Notes: generated from the letters alone by a model not told the origin. Counted from the first letter of the whole stretch, positions 24,560-38,741 are shown. The stretch: DNA of 61,252 nucleotides, filler included, from Porpidia crustulata (GCA_964255105.1; 7 parts of 7 records of this genome joined end to end with filler, not necessarily neighbours in it), one strand, 5' to 3'. A program made the numbers and translations.

Positions 24560-26220
24560 TCTTACGATTACCAGTTTACGACCATTCCTAGTCGCTCCCA
24601 AGGAGCAGGAGCGTACCGCCATCTGGAGCACTGTTTTACCCAGTCGTACATGAAATCGCTTCAAGCAAGACCACACTCATACACCCGAGTATCGATACCC
24701 TCATTGGGGAGACGAACGTGTCTTATTTGGTCGCCTTGCAGGCGGGAAGGTGATCAATGGAAAGTCTTGACGAGCCTGCATTTCCGATTCCGATCAGCTT
24801 AGCCCCTTTCGAGGGATCGTGCATGAACTTGTGGCGATACTTGATGAAACATAGCATTACTATATAGTGGCTGGTAATCATGTAAAACCATGCTCTTCCG
24901 TACGATTGCTAATTTTCTATTCTGGAAGCACTCAAGCAAACAGCAAGTGAACGAAAGCGATGAGAAGAAAATGGCAGGTCTGATGGAGTGGATGAGCATC
25001 ATTGTGGGTCTTGATTCGGAAGCTGGGCGTAGCGAAAGTACAGTAAGATATCGGATATCCGTTGTGGGATATGGAGATAACTTGATGTGGCAATATTTGA
25101 CATCTTCTGCTTAGGACGAAGCAGTGGATGTGACTACATGCAAAGACTATATCTTGTTTTCCGTGGATTTCAACGTGGATTACAGTCTTCAAGCAACTTT
25201 CAACTGATTTCCCAGATCTTCATGAAGCCAAGAGCCGCAGATTCACCATATCACAAGTAACTCTTTTTCCCCTTTGAATGTTGTAACCCTCATTGACTAG
25301 CATACACGGCGTTGCCCCTCGCTTTTCTAAGACCACACTCCTGACTTGCCAGCAAATATTTGGTCTTCTAGTGTACCACTACCCTCAAAGCTTTCAACCT
25401 TCCTAGCACAGTCTCGAACACAGATCACAGCACAAGGATCTCCTTCAAATTCGACGATATCAGCAAAAGCCTCGATGTAAACGCGGCAGCGTTGCCTAGA
25501 TCGGATAGCCAGGTACAAACAAGTATCCGGAGACTAAGCTCAACATTGAAGAAGTAGAAGACATAATTAAACCTATCTGGACTCATAATTTTTCTTGGAA
25601 AATTGTTTGCAGAAAGGACGATGAACGTTCATCATGGAAGCATTTTTCATCCAAATGCAAACCCTATTCCTCCGAGCGGAGCTCTTCAATAACTCTCTGG
25701 ACACTAACTAATAGGTATGAAGGTCTGAATCCTCAGACTCGGCCGATTGATTGTATACAAGCTCGAAGTAAGTTCCCTAATAGACAAGCTATTTGACAAA
25801 TATAACAACAACATCTCGGAGGATGAAGAAAATGCTTCAAATGAGAAAACGCTTCACATGGCGTGAAGCCATCTTATCTAACGACGGGTCACATTCAAAA
25901 GAGTTCCAACAGTAAATCAGTAAGTCTGCGCCAGTATCCATCAAGTTACACAAGTCCAAAAGCTTCATCACTACGTCGGCGCTCCAAAAAATTCTTCCCT
26001 CAGATCCATCGTCCTCAACGCTTATAAATTTCACTCCGTACACTCCACAAACCCGAAAACTCAAGTCAAAGGCAACCCGCGACCGATCTCTCATAACAGA
26101 AACGCCACCTCCATCAGAATATCTATCTGACATCAACGAAACCATCTTCCTAAACTATGCATGTATGCACTCTGGCTAACCACCTAGCGGCAAGCTCAAT
26201 ATACCCTTTCAACCCAAAGA
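24560..26220 (+). pseudogene. Degenerate coding remnants of unknown family
   Basis: Short protein-like stretches broken by stops, e.g. RPFLVAPKEQERTAIWSTVLPSRT* (loosely F-box/2EXR-like) near 24570-24650 and REAILSNDGSHSKEFQQ*ISKSAP...INETIFLNY near 25860-26160. Confidence 0.25.
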
Positions 26221-26320
26221 NNNNNNNNNNNNNNNNNNNNNNNNNNNNNNNNNNNNNNNNNNNNTTAATTAATTAANNNNNNNNNNNNNNNNNNNNNNNN
26301 NNNNNNNNNNNNNNNNNNNN
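26221..26320. other. Artificial contig linker N44-TTAATTAATTAA-N44
   Basis: Same 100-nt spacer. Confidence 0.98.
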
Positions 26321-26329
26321 GGGTAATTT

Positions 26330-27464
26330 GGGGTTTGTGTTGGTTGCTTTGGGGGTGTTTGTTGGGGTGGTGGCTTTATCTGTGTAAGTGTAGCTGGCGT
26401 AAGGTTTGGGAACGCCAATTTCACTCCACGCGCAGGCTTTCGTGGGCGTGGGTCATAGTAAGCAGCATTGGAGTCGCGGCGCTTGGGAACACCTCGATCT
26501 AATATCTGTTGAGATAACATCGGGAATCTAATACTGAGAAGGGCGGTCCTCGTGGAGAATGAGGTCATACGCATGTTGATGCAACTTACGCACCCTACAG
26601 GGGTTAGAAGGAAAATTCCCTTCAGTGTGGCCGTTGAATTTCTCATGTTGAGCTTCTTGTTCTCCTTTCAATCAACATTTATCTATTCTCTCTGCATACT
26701 GCTTACTTCGAAGCCCTTCGCCGAGCTTCAACCCTCACCTTCTCAATCTTTGATTCAATAGGATATGACGGCATTCTTTTATTCTCCATAGCATTGTCAC
26801 TGCAAGTACCTTTTCATGGCTAATCAACAAATGGCCTTCGGAAAGCGGTCATAAGTTTTCTCTCGACAGGTTTGCACGTCTTTTGAAGTTTCAAGCGTTT
26901 TCAGCAGATTCCGTTATTGCACAATATCAACGCTGCGGATCCAGGGCCGTATTCTAGCCCCCGGAGTAGCCCTTCCCCTTTTTAACCAGCATACCAGCGC
27001 TTCAAACCCCATTGTCATATTCACTCTGCTATTAGAAGGAACTTCTCTCTCAATATGTATGGGAAAGTTAAAAAATCAGTGATCCAAAATAGCAAAACGC
27101 TCAGCACAAATCACCCTCAGGTAATTTGGACCTGTTCGCCTTCCAAAATATCTCCTACGAAGGGTATGGAATTCATTAACCAGCGTGACTGGTGACAAAT
27201 TAGCTCTATATGATATGCGTCTCGTAGAAGTTCTAAAGTAAAGCCATCATTAATTACATGGATCCTCACGAAAAGAATTATTGGGTTCTGCCTAGAACTA
27301 TCAGAGTCAACGGCCAAGGCCGCTGAAAAGCTCTGTAAAGAAGAACGGGGTCTATCACTAGCAAGGCAGTGGAGATTAGCATGATCAAGCTTGTAGTGAA
27401 CTTTTCTGTGGCTAGCAGACTTCAGCACATTGGCCCAACAGACTCTCCCATATTTCCATGGCAT
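26330..27464 (-). pseudogene. Decayed ORF of unknown family
   Basis: One minus frame reads protein-like over several hundred nt through scattered single stops (MGFEALVCWLKRG...AMKRYLQ*QCYGE*KECRHILLNQRLRR*GLKLGE...). Confidence 0.25.
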
Positions 27465-28494
27465 GAAAATTCCCCTGCATCACGTTCTCCGGTGCGCATT
27501 GCCCTTTTGTCTTCCAATCTCAGAGGCAAATAGAGCTCGATCGCCCAAGATCCAAATGCTCACAAGGTCTCCAGCTATTGACAGAGTGATCTCGAAGCAA
27601 ACGAACTAAAGGAGGATATTATATCAGGCATCATAACACGCAATTCGACGACCATCGGAATTCTAGGCACCCAGGCATAGAAAATCGCCGTAAACGTCAA
27701 GCACTCGGCCTAAATCTTTTGGCAAGCCTATACCTGCCTATGGCTAATCGGAAAAACCTCATAGCTGTCGTGGTCAGAGGTAGTTTTTGTTCATCTAGAC
27801 GAACATAATTTGGTGCTCAGTAGTTATCGGCCTGGCTGCCCGTTTCGTCGGGTGGATTGGGCATCACTCGTAACGAGTCGTCACCAGTGAAATGGAACCA
27901 GTCGGATCCAGATCTGATCCTTTGTCGGAACAATGGAGAATGGTATTACTTCCCGACATGAGACGGTATAAAAATATCACATGCCAAGTATTGTAAAGTT
28001 TTCGATGAGGATCTATGATTTTCAGCAACCAGCATCGAGATATTCAACATGCAGTCTCTTGAGCAAAATAGAAATGACGACGAGAGCCAAGAAATTGTTT
28101 CTATTGCAGACTATTTAGACCTGAATATGGATTGCAGAAAGTATAAGCTATATATGTGATCATTGTCCCACATTGACGACCATTTCAGAAGTCCTGTAAA
28201 AAACACATGGATTTGCATACCCTGTGTTTTCTAGCTTTGAGGTTGTCGTAGCTAGATGTCACGTCTAACGGGCACCGGCTAGAGCTGCGCGAAGACACGT
28301 AAAAAATAGGCGAGAGAGCTTCGAATATGTTTAACGACCAATAGCTTCTTGCAAACCATAGTCTCATATCTCTCCCCAAATTCAAAGTGTACTTGAAAAA
28401 GCTACTCGAATTTTGCTTGAAAGTCTAACCTGCATGGTCTTTTCTTAATTATCGGTGCTATATCCATCATCTGCCCTCAATCATTATCATCACT

Positions 28495-30453
28495 ATGTCG
28501 TTTGGAGGACAAACCCCAACGATTATTGTATTGAAAGAGGGTACTGATGCTTCACAAGGGAAGGGACAGATTATTTCCAATATCCTGGCTTGTCTGAGTG
28601 TCCAAGATACAATACGGAGTACACTTGGGCCCTACGGCGGTGATTTGCTGCTGGTCGACGAAAATGGTCGCCAGACGATTACCAATGACGGGGCAACTGT
28701 TATGAAAGTCTGTACCCACTCTTTCTCAACAATACAGGCATTTCTAAGTTCTGATGTAGCTCCTTGACATCGTCCATCCAGCAGCAAGAATACTCACAGA
28801 CATAGCCCGCTCACAGGATGCCGAAGTGGGGGATGGCACAACATCGGTGGTGGTGTTAGCCGGAGAGATACTCAAGGAAATCAAAGAGCATGTCGAACAG
28901 GGAGTAAGTCCACAGACCATAATAAAGGGTCTTCGAAGAGCGTCAACTATGGCCGTAAATAAGATCAAGGAAATTTCTGTGACCACGGGCGAAAAAAACC
29001 AGAGAGAAACGTTGAGAAAATTAGCCGCTACGGCCATGAGCAGTAAACTAATACATCGGAATGCGGATTTCTTCACAAAAAGTATTTTACCCAGATGTCT
29101 CTTTTGTGGAGGAACATCTACTGACATGTCTACAAGTGGTTGTTGATGCGGTGCTTTCGCTTGATCAGGACGACCTCAATGAGAAGCTTATTGGAATTAA
29201 AAAAATTACTGGCGGTGCATTACAAGATTCACTGTTTGTCAATGGCGTCGCTTTCAAGAAAACCTTCTCCTACGCAGGCTTTGAGCAACAGCCGAAAAGC
29301 TTCAGCAACCCAAAGATCGTCTGTCTGAATGTGGAATTAGAGCTGAAGAGTGAGAAAGATAATGCCGAGGTCCGTGTGGAACAGGTCTCAGAATATCAGG
29401 CTATTGTAGATGCAGAGTGGCAGATAATCTATAACAAGATGGAGGCGTTGTATAAGACAGGGGCAAAAGTGGTACTCAGTAAACTGCCGATAGGTGATTT
29501 AGCTACCCAGTAGGTCTCCTCAACCCTGTTCGAATCGTATCAACTAAAATCTAGGCAGATATTTTGCGGATCGCGACGTTTTTTGCGCCGGTAGAGTCTC
29601 TTCAGATGATTTGGAACGTGTGGTACAGGCGACTGGCGGTAGTATCTCATCAACCTGTTCAGACATCCGTCCCGAGCATTTGGGTACTTGTGAGCGATTT
29701 GAAGAACGACAAATAGGTGGAGAAAGATTCAATTTTTTTGAAGGATGTCCAGCAGCAAAGACTTGTACCTTAGTTCTGCGAGGAGGGGCTGAACAGTTTA
29801 TCGCAGAAGTAGAGAGGAGTCTTCATGATGCAATCATGATAGTCAAGCGAGCTATACGAAATAATAGTATTGTGGCTGGAGGGGGTGCATGTGAGGTATG
29901 CCTTTTGTTCTTTTTTGTCCTGTTGATAACTGCCTAGGTGTCGCAGATCACTGACCGCCTGGTGCTGTAGATGGAAGTGTCTTTGAGTCTGCATAAGTTC
30001 GCGGACCAGAATATTCCTCGAAAACAACAAGCGATTGTGAAGGCATTTGCCAAAGCACTAGAAGTGATCCCACGTCAGCTTTGCGACAACGCGGGCTTTG
30101 ACGCCACGAACATATTAACTCAGTTACGAGTGGAGCATCGCAAGGGTAATATCTGGGCTGGAGTAGACTTTGATAACGAGGGGGTGAGAGATAACTTGGA
30201 GGCTTTTGTGTGGGAGCCTAGTCTCGTGAAAGTCAATGCAGTTCAAGCTGCAATAGAAGCAAGCTGTGTGATCCTAAGTGTGGATGAGACGATAAGTATG
30301 TATTTGTTTCTTGTTGTCTCTACATTACTTTTAGCTAATCAAAACTTAGAAAACGAGCAGTCACAAGACCCGCAAGCTCCGCAACGCGGACTACCGCCTG
30401 GTGCAGCACAGCGAGCGCTGAGAGGGAGAGGGAGGGGGATGCCAAGAAGATGA
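28495..30453 (+). CDS. cct7: T-complex protein 1 subunit eta (CCT/TRiC chaperonin), ~5 introns
   Basis: [97 protein letters not shown]-terminal [10 protein letters not shown]. Confidence 0.97.
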
Positions 30454-30748
30454 TAGAGGCTCATCGTGTACACAAGAACCTTACTTTAGCCAGTTCGATT
30501 AAATATCTAGCGATACCCAGGATCAGCATTCCATATGCACATCAGAACTTCCAACACAAGCAAAAGCTAGACTTAGAGGCTACATGGGAATCATGTTCAT
30601 GGATACTCCTGCTGAAACCAAGTACGGGAAGCTTCTTAGCATCGATGGTACTATGTCAAACTCCTTTGCTTGCCATGCCCACCAGGGTAGACAGACAACC
30701 CTGAAACGCCTCACCCAAATTTCCGTCCCTTGTTGCACGACAAAAATA

Positions 30749-31385
30749 TCATTTTTTGGCAGCCCCTCCATCTTCTCCCACATCTGTACTGCTCGGGGTC
30801 AAACCGTCCCCATCACCACTCTCTTCACCACCCATGTCATCCCACACTTCGTCCTCTTCCTCAATAATCCCGTTCTCTTGCCTGCGTAAACCTCCTTCCC
30901 CTAGTTCCAGGTCCCCTTCCTCTCCACCCTGGGGAACTATGCCGTACCCTTTCTTCGCCCTTCGCCTATCTAACATGCGCTTATGGTACAGAGTACACAG
31001 GCCCAAAGCGGACAACGAACCCACAAGGTTCGCGGCTATATTCAGTGGATCGAATTTGCGATCATATGGGAGCAGTGCTTTGATTGTTTCCGAGCCGAGT
31101 CCCAGACAGAATGTTACCAGTACAAGTGTGAAATTGAGGGTTCGGCGGCGAGTGGTGTCGAGGATCCAGTAGAAGGTTACGGTGAGGATGAAAAATATGA
31201 TGGAGTGAAGCGCCTTATCGTTCACTTGAGGAACTTGAACGGCAGTGAGTTCCAGGTATGCGGAGAGAAAGACGAGGAGACCAAAAGCACCTATTGAGCG
31301 GCGAGGTTAATTTGGGAGGGGGGGGTATTGCGGAGAAGTACGCGGAGGCCAGATGCTTACCGACGAAGGGGTACCGGATGCGCAT
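30749..31385 (-). CDS. VanZ-like family membrane protein; one intron after MRIRYPFV
   Basis: NDKALH...FFILTVTFYWILDTTRRRTLNFT...GSE..KALLPYDRKFDPLNIAANLVG shows the VanZ motifs DK..H / E..Q...P.R.FD..D..AN..G. Confidence 0.85.
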
Positions 31386-31829
31386 TTCTATGGACCTGCG
31401 CGGAGTATCTGATCATAGTAGTGATTGCAAGTTCATCATTGCTTGAAGGATGAGAGGAATAGCTGGTATGATAATTCTCAATTTGTAGCCTGAAGCAAGT
31501 GAAGCATTTCGCGTGGTTTTAATTAGGCGGGATTCGGTAGGGCAGAATGACTAAGCAGAGATCACTTGGCGCATTCGGTGTGAGGAACGAGTGAACCTCA
31601 GTCCGTGTTCATGAGACAAGCCCGCAGTAATCTCGACAAACTTTGCCATCACCTTGCTCCACCACCCCATCGATTTTATCTCTAAAATTGGTGGTACCAT
31701 CTCAGCAACATGTCAGCTATCGCTCAATGCCACTTTTACTAACACGCGACACTCCAGAGAGCTTCACAGCGGAGTGCTTCCACGCGGAGCATTATCCCTG
31801 CTCTCGGCAACTAAGAGGGGTGATGAGCC

Positions 31830-34800
31830 ATGTCGTCGCTGAAGAACAATATCAATTTCACCCACGCAGCTCTAGGTACCCAGATCCGTGATGCACTACA
31901 CGTTGATGGTTATCGTGCAACCCCTCCGAGGTCAAGGACACCCAACGGCCTCCATACGCCTGCGAAATTGTCCCATTTGGGCAGTGCAATTGAAGAGCTT
32001 GGCGCTGAGGAAGACGCAAAGTTGTCTGTCTTTAGGGAGCTATATGCGAAAAGTGAAGCAAGGCTGGAATCGCTCTTTGAAGAGGGAGACGGGAATGCTG
32101 CCAGAGAAGCAATACCTGAAGATAATCAAACGCGGGGCGATGACGGCGCAATTTCAGAGGAGGCACAGCATCAGATCGCTGCACCACCCAAGAAAGCTGC
32201 CAGGGCAATTGATGAGGATGACTATGACGATTCAGATGGCGAAGATGAGGCATCTGCCGTCGTGTCCCCCCTTAAGTCGAAAAGTGCCGCTGCCATTATC
32301 GTTACCCCGAGTGCTCCGTTCACCCCAGCGAAACGTGGGATATCTTCGGCTTTGGCAATAAATAAGCGCTCGTCGTCGTCAGGTCCAGTCAAATCATCAG
32401 AGGATGTACGCAAGAAGCTTGAGGAGGAGAAAAAGGCCACCGAAGACGCCGCAAAACGAAGCTTTCATACCCTGTTCTACACCCTCGAGAACGACCGAGA
32501 TGCCATGCTGGACCAGAAAAAGTTGGAAGAGTCTGAACGTCAAGTTGACGTGGAAATGGGCGGGACAGGTAGTGGTGGGTCCCATGCGAACGGTCATTCT
32601 TCCGGCAATGCACAACAAGGAACTTTGAGTCAAACAAACCTTGGAGCGTCGAGCTTGACGTTCAAACATCTCATTGCTCGCATTGACACCAAACGAGACC
32701 AAGTTCGGGCGTCTGATGCTGAGCTTAGGAGCCTCATGAGTGAGGTGAGGAAGAACAGGAGCAAATGGGCAAGCGAAGAGAAAGTCGGGCAAGAGGAATT
32801 GTATGAGTCTGCGGAGAGAGTCTTGACAGAGCTGAAAGCGTATACGGAGCACTCAACGGCTTTTCTCGGAAGGGTCAATAAACGGGAAGCCCCTGACTAT
32901 TACAATGGTAAGCTTGCCGTAGTACGTGATGAGAGCGTAGTAAATAACATCAATCTCTAGTGATTAAACACCCAATGGATCTTGGCACAATGACCAAGAA
33001 ACTCAAGGCAGTTCAGTACAAGTCCAAGCAAGAATTTGTTGAAGATCTCAGCCTCATCTGGGCCAATTGCTTAAGGTACAACGCCAGTCCGGAGCACATT
33101 CTTCGTCGCCATGCATTATTTATGCGTAAGAAGGCTGAGGAGCTTGTGCCTATGATCCCCGCCATTGTCATCAGAGACCGTGCAGACGTTGAAGCGGAAG
33201 AGCGTCGGCTGCTAAACGGCGATGCTGACATAGACGGCGGCGAAGAGAGTGATGACGAGCCGATCATATCTTCAAGAGGACGAAAGGCACCTGGCAAAAA
33301 GTCAAAGAAAGGCTCTGCAGCTAGGAAAGCCCCAGCTGGTGCTCACCAAGGCTCCCCTGCCGCCGATGTGAAACCGCCGTTACATGCCTCGAATTCTAAC
33401 GGGTTCGGGTCTAATCTTAAAAATGAGGCATTGCTAAGGGCGGACTCTGAGAGTGTGTTGGATGGAAGCATAAAGGACCTGTCAACCCCGCCGCCTGGAA
33501 CCATCACGCCTCTCGGGATCAATGGTGTTTTGGGTCATGGAATACATCACCATGGAACCATGGACATCGATGGGACAGAGCATTCGATCAATGGTGCCGG
33601 CTCCGTAATTGGCATCAACGAAGATGCTGAACGTGAAGACATCGGGTACAAGACCTGGAAGCAGGTTACAAAGAAGGATCGTGCTCTTGTCACAGCCGAG
33701 CGGCATCGCCTATTCAAAGGTGACCATTTAAATCCTGAAGAACCTGCGTTATTGCGTAGTAAGATGGGGATGAGAAGGTGGCTGCGAAAGCAGAGGCAAG
33801 CTGTTGCGGAGGGTACCCTAGGAAAGCCAGCTGCGGAGGTTGAATCTCTTCAAGTGCAGGAACCCGAGTCTAGTGGTGAAACATTGGCAGAAGGTATGGA
33901 AGGAGATGAAGAAAGGGTACTACCAGATTACTATGATACTCTGGCCGCTATGCCGGATCTCCCAGGTCGGCTTCGATGGATTGAAGATGCCGCAGGTGAT
34001 GTTCAAGATCCTTCCGGAGAGTTCCTGCGCATACTACCACAAGGACTGTTTATATCTCCGGAGAGTAGTTTGACAAAGAAGATAGAAGACAACATGCGGC
34101 AAATGCAACAGACGAGAAAGATTTGTTCGAAGATAGCCGTGGTGAAGCAAATGCAGATACAGGCACAGGTGAGTATTTCAGTAGCGGCACAATGCGATTG
34201 CTAATGAGACTAGATGTATCACGGACAATTCCAGAAACATGAGCCTGCACCATTTGCCGAGCAAGACATTGAGCCACTTGTCATGTCTGACGAGGGCCCT
34301 GTAATGTCGCCTTGGGTGTCTCGCGCCGCACTTCAACGCTCTGTGGGGGAGCTTTTCTTTCATGCAGGATTCGATGAATTTCAACCAGCTGCTTTAGAGG
34401 CAGTCACCGACATTGCCGGAGACTTTTTTATCAAGATTGCTCGGACATTCAATGAGTATATGCAGACATCAAAGATACCAGTTCCGACTCCCGCAGCAGG
34501 GGCATCGGCCGGCTTGGAAACCACTTGGAAACCTCGTTTCACGGCTGAAGAAATACTTTTGCACACCCTTCACGAAATTGGTTGTGATATGGAGTCACTC
34601 GAGACCTATGTCAAAGATGACGTTGACCGCAGTGGTACTAAACTAGCCGTCATGCATGATAGAATGAAAGCTCATCTTGCCGATCTACTTCGTCCTGCTC
34701 TCAACGATGCTGGTCCCGATGGCTCGAATGCATTCAACGATGGCAGTGAACAATTTGTTGGTGGCGACTTTGCAGAAGAGCTCGGAGAAGACTTCTTTGG

Positions 34801-34980
34801 TTTCAAGGAACTTGGACTTGATCAAGAATTGGGCTTGGCTTCCCTAGCAGTGCCCCTGCATTTACTGCAAAATCGCGTGCACAGGCACAACCAAGCCCAG
34901 AATCCAAGGTACGCATCCTTTCCACTTCCACCCCCGTCAACTTTTGAAGACTGATACCTACTCTCCAGCTCGTCCTCCTC
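31830..34980 (+). CDS. spt7: SAGA complex bromodomain subunit Spt7, 3'-truncated by the linker; introns ~32909-32960, ~34169-34213, ~34909-34968
   Basis: [49 protein letters not shown], bromodomain [29 protein letters not shown]...WANCLRYN, histone-fold region [33 protein letters not shown]. Confidence 0.96.
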
Positions 34981-35080
34981 NNNNNNNNNNNNNNNNNNNN
35001 NNNNNNNNNNNNNNNNNNNNNNNNTTAATTAATTAANNNNNNNNNNNNNNNNNNNNNNNNNNNNNNNNNNNNNNNNNNNN
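34981..35080. other. Artificial contig linker N44-TTAATTAATTAA-N44
   Basis: Same 100-nt spacer. Confidence 0.98.
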
Positions 35081-36885
35081 GAATTTCTTCTGTGATGGGT
35101 TTATCGCGTACATAAAACGAATCAGATATCTCAGCGATGAAAACAAAAGCTATCGCTGATCACTCACTGAGCTGACATTTAACACACCAAGAAATACAAC
35201 AGTTTATTTGAACCTCTGGGCACAATCGGAGGAGGAGCTTAGTGCAACTGATATCAGTGGTATTTTAGTCTGCGTGTCTGTGTCGTGGGCGTCCTAATGA
35301 TCAAAGCCTTGTTAGGATGTGTATGATAGAGAATGATATCATGGATCAAAGGAGTTTTGGAATGTTGGTGCATGTTGGGGAATATCCTAACGAGTTCGGG
35401 ATAATCATGTTCCCTTGGTATCCGTCCGAGTGCCTCAATCAATCCATCATGGCACAAAGCGCAGCCGTATCCCCACCAGCGACATTCGTTCGCTCCTTTT
35501 GTTTCGATATAGACCGGCCTTGAAATTACCTTCAACACGACCTCTTCATCGTACAAAATCTATCCCAGCTCACTTCCTTGCTTCCGACATCAGACGAGTA
35601 GCTCTTCCTGGGTTATGTTTCCGGAGACACTGGAGTGGCAGTGGTTATGAAAGCTTATCTTGTTGTTAATGGGATTGTCTATCTGCGCGAATACCTCTTG
35701 TGTATGCTTTTTGTATGAAGAAGGTGAGTTGGGTATACGGGTTCCCCTTTCGTTCACGTCTTTGTTGAAAATAATACAACCATCATCCTTTAATGAGATC
35801 ACTAAGTTTTCTTAGTTGCTGCACTAGTCAGCTCATGCTTCGAGGTCTGTCTTATAGCATCGATATTTCAATAAGGTACATCGCGCTCTCTCGCTCTCCA
35901 TAAATGTCTCGACAGGGGTGAAAAGCCGGGGCTCCACCTTCAAGAAAGGAAATAGCTGCACACCAGCAGCTTCAGCACCAATCAATTCTGCGGAATCTTC
36001 AAAGATTGACCATAGCACTGTCACCTTATAGGCTTCCACTTCTGCGGCCATCTATGCACCAGAGCCAGCTGTAACGAAGCCTACAAGCTCTCTTCTGCTG
36101 GAGAAATGCTAGCTGTAAGTATTGCTTTGTAGTAAGAAGCCGATCGACAGAAGACAGATGCAAAGACATATAAACAAGCCCAACTTCAGTCATTCTATTT
36201 TCTCCGAGGTTTGGAAACCCTTAGGGCAACCGTGAAAAATAAGCAATGACTTACACAAAAGGGCACAATCAAAGAGAGGTTCAAAGCGACGGCAGAAACG
36301 ACATAAGTACATGATGAACATTCTCGGTATTGGTATCTATACAACAAAGGACGAAGACCTGCAGCTATCATATGAGTCCGCTCTGAAGACGGTGTATGCA
36401 TCTTTGTAGACTTTAAAATCATTGCAAAGGTCAGCCCTTATCCTTCACCTCTGATATTTGAACTCTCCCCACTAGACTTATGGTAATGAATATACATTTT
36501 TTCATATAACTTATACTAGAAATTTCCTATCAATCTGAAGAAGGTTCGGAGACCTTCTAGTACAGCACCAATTCTGTGATGTGTCGTTAATTGCTAGGAT
36601 GCCAGTGACCTCTGCCGTGCTTGTGGCATCTGATAGATGACGCTGCCAGCGCTAAATTTTAGTATTCTATACTCTATGGTATCTTATCATTTCGGCAGGA
36701 CCTTCCTATTACGGCTGGCACCATCGATGATCCGAAGACTTCTGCCGTACTGGTAGAAGAGTCATAAAGTATTCAGTCTGTGGCCAGCCGGATATATCCG
36801 TGCATATATAGAGCTTCAAGGACTTCAACAAGGCAAGGTTTCTCCATTGTGTAAAGTCACTCAAGAAAACAGACCTCGATTGGAA

Positions 36886-37794
36886 ATGGGCCGAACATTG
36901 GTATATCCGAAGCAACCTTTCTCTACTACCCATCGCTATGCAAAACGCGGTTAGTCCTCGTTTCCTCTCCAAACCCAGATTACCTCTCGGAAAATGAACG
37001 CTTCCTTGATGATACATTGATGTTGATTTCGATTTTTGTCAGCCACTTACGATCTCCACACGATCCATTCCATCATAAACAGCACCCCGGTACTCCATGT
37101 CTCTTTTAATCCTGCAGATCCAGCCCAAGGCCCATTTCCCACCATACTTCCTATGGTTGGTGTGGTGGGATCTTTCGAGCGTCCAAGTGCGGATCTAAGC
37201 GAACCGCTAGACTGCTACCTTCATGGCTATGTTAGCTCAAGGATGATGAATCTGGCGCGGGGAAACGAGGGAGAAGGACTTCCGCTCTCAATCGCGGCCA
37301 CAAAAGTCAATGGCATAGTTCTCAGTCTGACGCCGAACTCCCACAGCATGAATTATTCGTCGGCAGTCCTCTTCGGATACGCAACGCGGGTGACAGACGA
37401 TGAAGAAAAAGTGTGGGCGATGCAATTGATAACGAATTCCGTAGTCCCAGATCGTTGGGAGAATAGTAGGGTACCTCCTGATGGATCTGAGATGGCTTCA
37501 ACTTCGATCTTAAGGGTTCGGATTGTGAGTGGGAGCGGAAAGATAAGAAACGGAGAACCCCATGATGACAAGAAAGACTTGGAGAGGGAAGATGTGGTAG
37601 ACCGCGTTTGGACCGGAGTCCTGCCCATTTGGCAGACAATTGGGTATCCGGTGGCTGGGAGCACTAATGCCGTAGCTGAGGTACCAGAGCATGTTCGAAC
37701 TTTCCGGAATGAGACAAATGCCGGCAATGAAGAGTACGCCAAAAAAGCAGCCATCGAACCGCCATCAGAGCCGAAAGATGAGGAATCTGGGTAA
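36886..37794 (+). CDS. Flavin-nucleotide-binding split-barrel protein (pyridoxamine 5'-phosphate oxidase-like / NimA-like); one intron ~36949-37041
   Basis: MGRTLVYPK...RYAKR/ATYDLHTIHSIINSTPVLHVSF...PTILPM...YLHGYVSSR...KVNGIVLSLTPNSHSMNYSSAVLFG...SGKIRNG.P.DD..D...VWTGVLP. Confidence 0.88.
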
Positions 37795-38141
37795 CGATAG
37801 AAGTACTTAGTCACCAAAATCATACTTCGTCTTGTCTCTACGGCGATGACTATTCAAGATAGCTTCGGCCGTTGTCCCCGTCGTCATAGCCTTGTAGTAG
37901 TCTCAACACCAACAGATCTTCTACTATGCTTTTTGCCTATCCAGTGAGACTTGTAGGGACTCAATAAAATTCTTCATCATAGATCAGAGATATCAAACAG
38001 CAGAGCAAGCCCCTAGAGTTTTGCACGAGTTGAAGTAATCAGTCTATGCTCCATCGTAGAATCATGCCATCAGACCAGCGACCGATTTGATTTCTTTTGA
38101 CTTTATCATGCAGCATAACAAACAGACAGCTGCACAACATT

Positions 38142-38741
38142 TCAAGTACCCGATAAGGCTTTCGCAACAAGACTCTTGGCGCGATCCGACATGGGAACTT
38201 CAAGTGCGAGCTCATGACCTCTGTCTGTCATCTTGCCCCACGTCTTCTGTAGAATCTTGATGATCTTATCCTCATCGTGCTGCTTCTCAAACTCCTCGAA
38301 TTGGTCATCCAAGAAGACCAGACAAGCCACATCCTCCAACGTCTGGGTATCCTCATCCTTCCTCAGATCTTCTTTCCGGATCAGAGCGGCAACTCTATCC
38401 GCGTTCTCCTTCGAAAATCCGCAATCCGAGCATATCTGAGAAGCCAACTCCGCTTGACGTTTTTTGAGATACGTCCGCCACGCGTGATAGCCAATCTTGG
38501 TCATAGGATACGAGTCGCGAGGGACCTCCCAGCGCCTGAAGTGTTGTGCACGTATCGCTAGACGCAAGGTGTAGGGTGCTGCCGGATTACGCTTGTCAAG
38601 GTAGCTGCTCATCTTCTGGCTGTAGTGAAGCTCATATGGCTGTTCGGAACCATTGACTTCAACTAGCTTGGGATCAAGACTGTGAGCTTCGTCGATCAAC
38701 TGGATCGCTCGCTCAAATCTAGACTCTAGAGAATCGGACAT
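38142..38741 (-). CDS. DUF4202-family protein (HD-like helical fold), single exon
   Basis: AIQLIDEAHSLDP...PYELHYSQKM...LAIRAQHFRRWEVPRDSYPMTKIGYHAWR...TQTLEDVACLVFL...ILQKTWGKM. Confidence 0.9.
   Translation of the reverse strand: MSDSLESRFERAIQLIDEAHSLDPKLVEVNGSEQPYELHYSQKMSSYLDKRNPAAPYTLRLAIRAQHFRRWEVPRDSYPMTKIGYHAWRTYLKKRQAELASQICSDCGFSKENADRVAALIRKEDLRKDEDTQTLEDVACLVFLDDQFEEFEKQHDEDKIIKILQKTWGKMTDRGHELALEVPMSDRAKSLVAKALSGT

Noticed and set aside
35254..36051. Chain of short minus-strand ORFs as a decayed enzyme gene
   Set aside because: Protein-like in places, but I could not match any diagnostic motif; it needs BLASTx.
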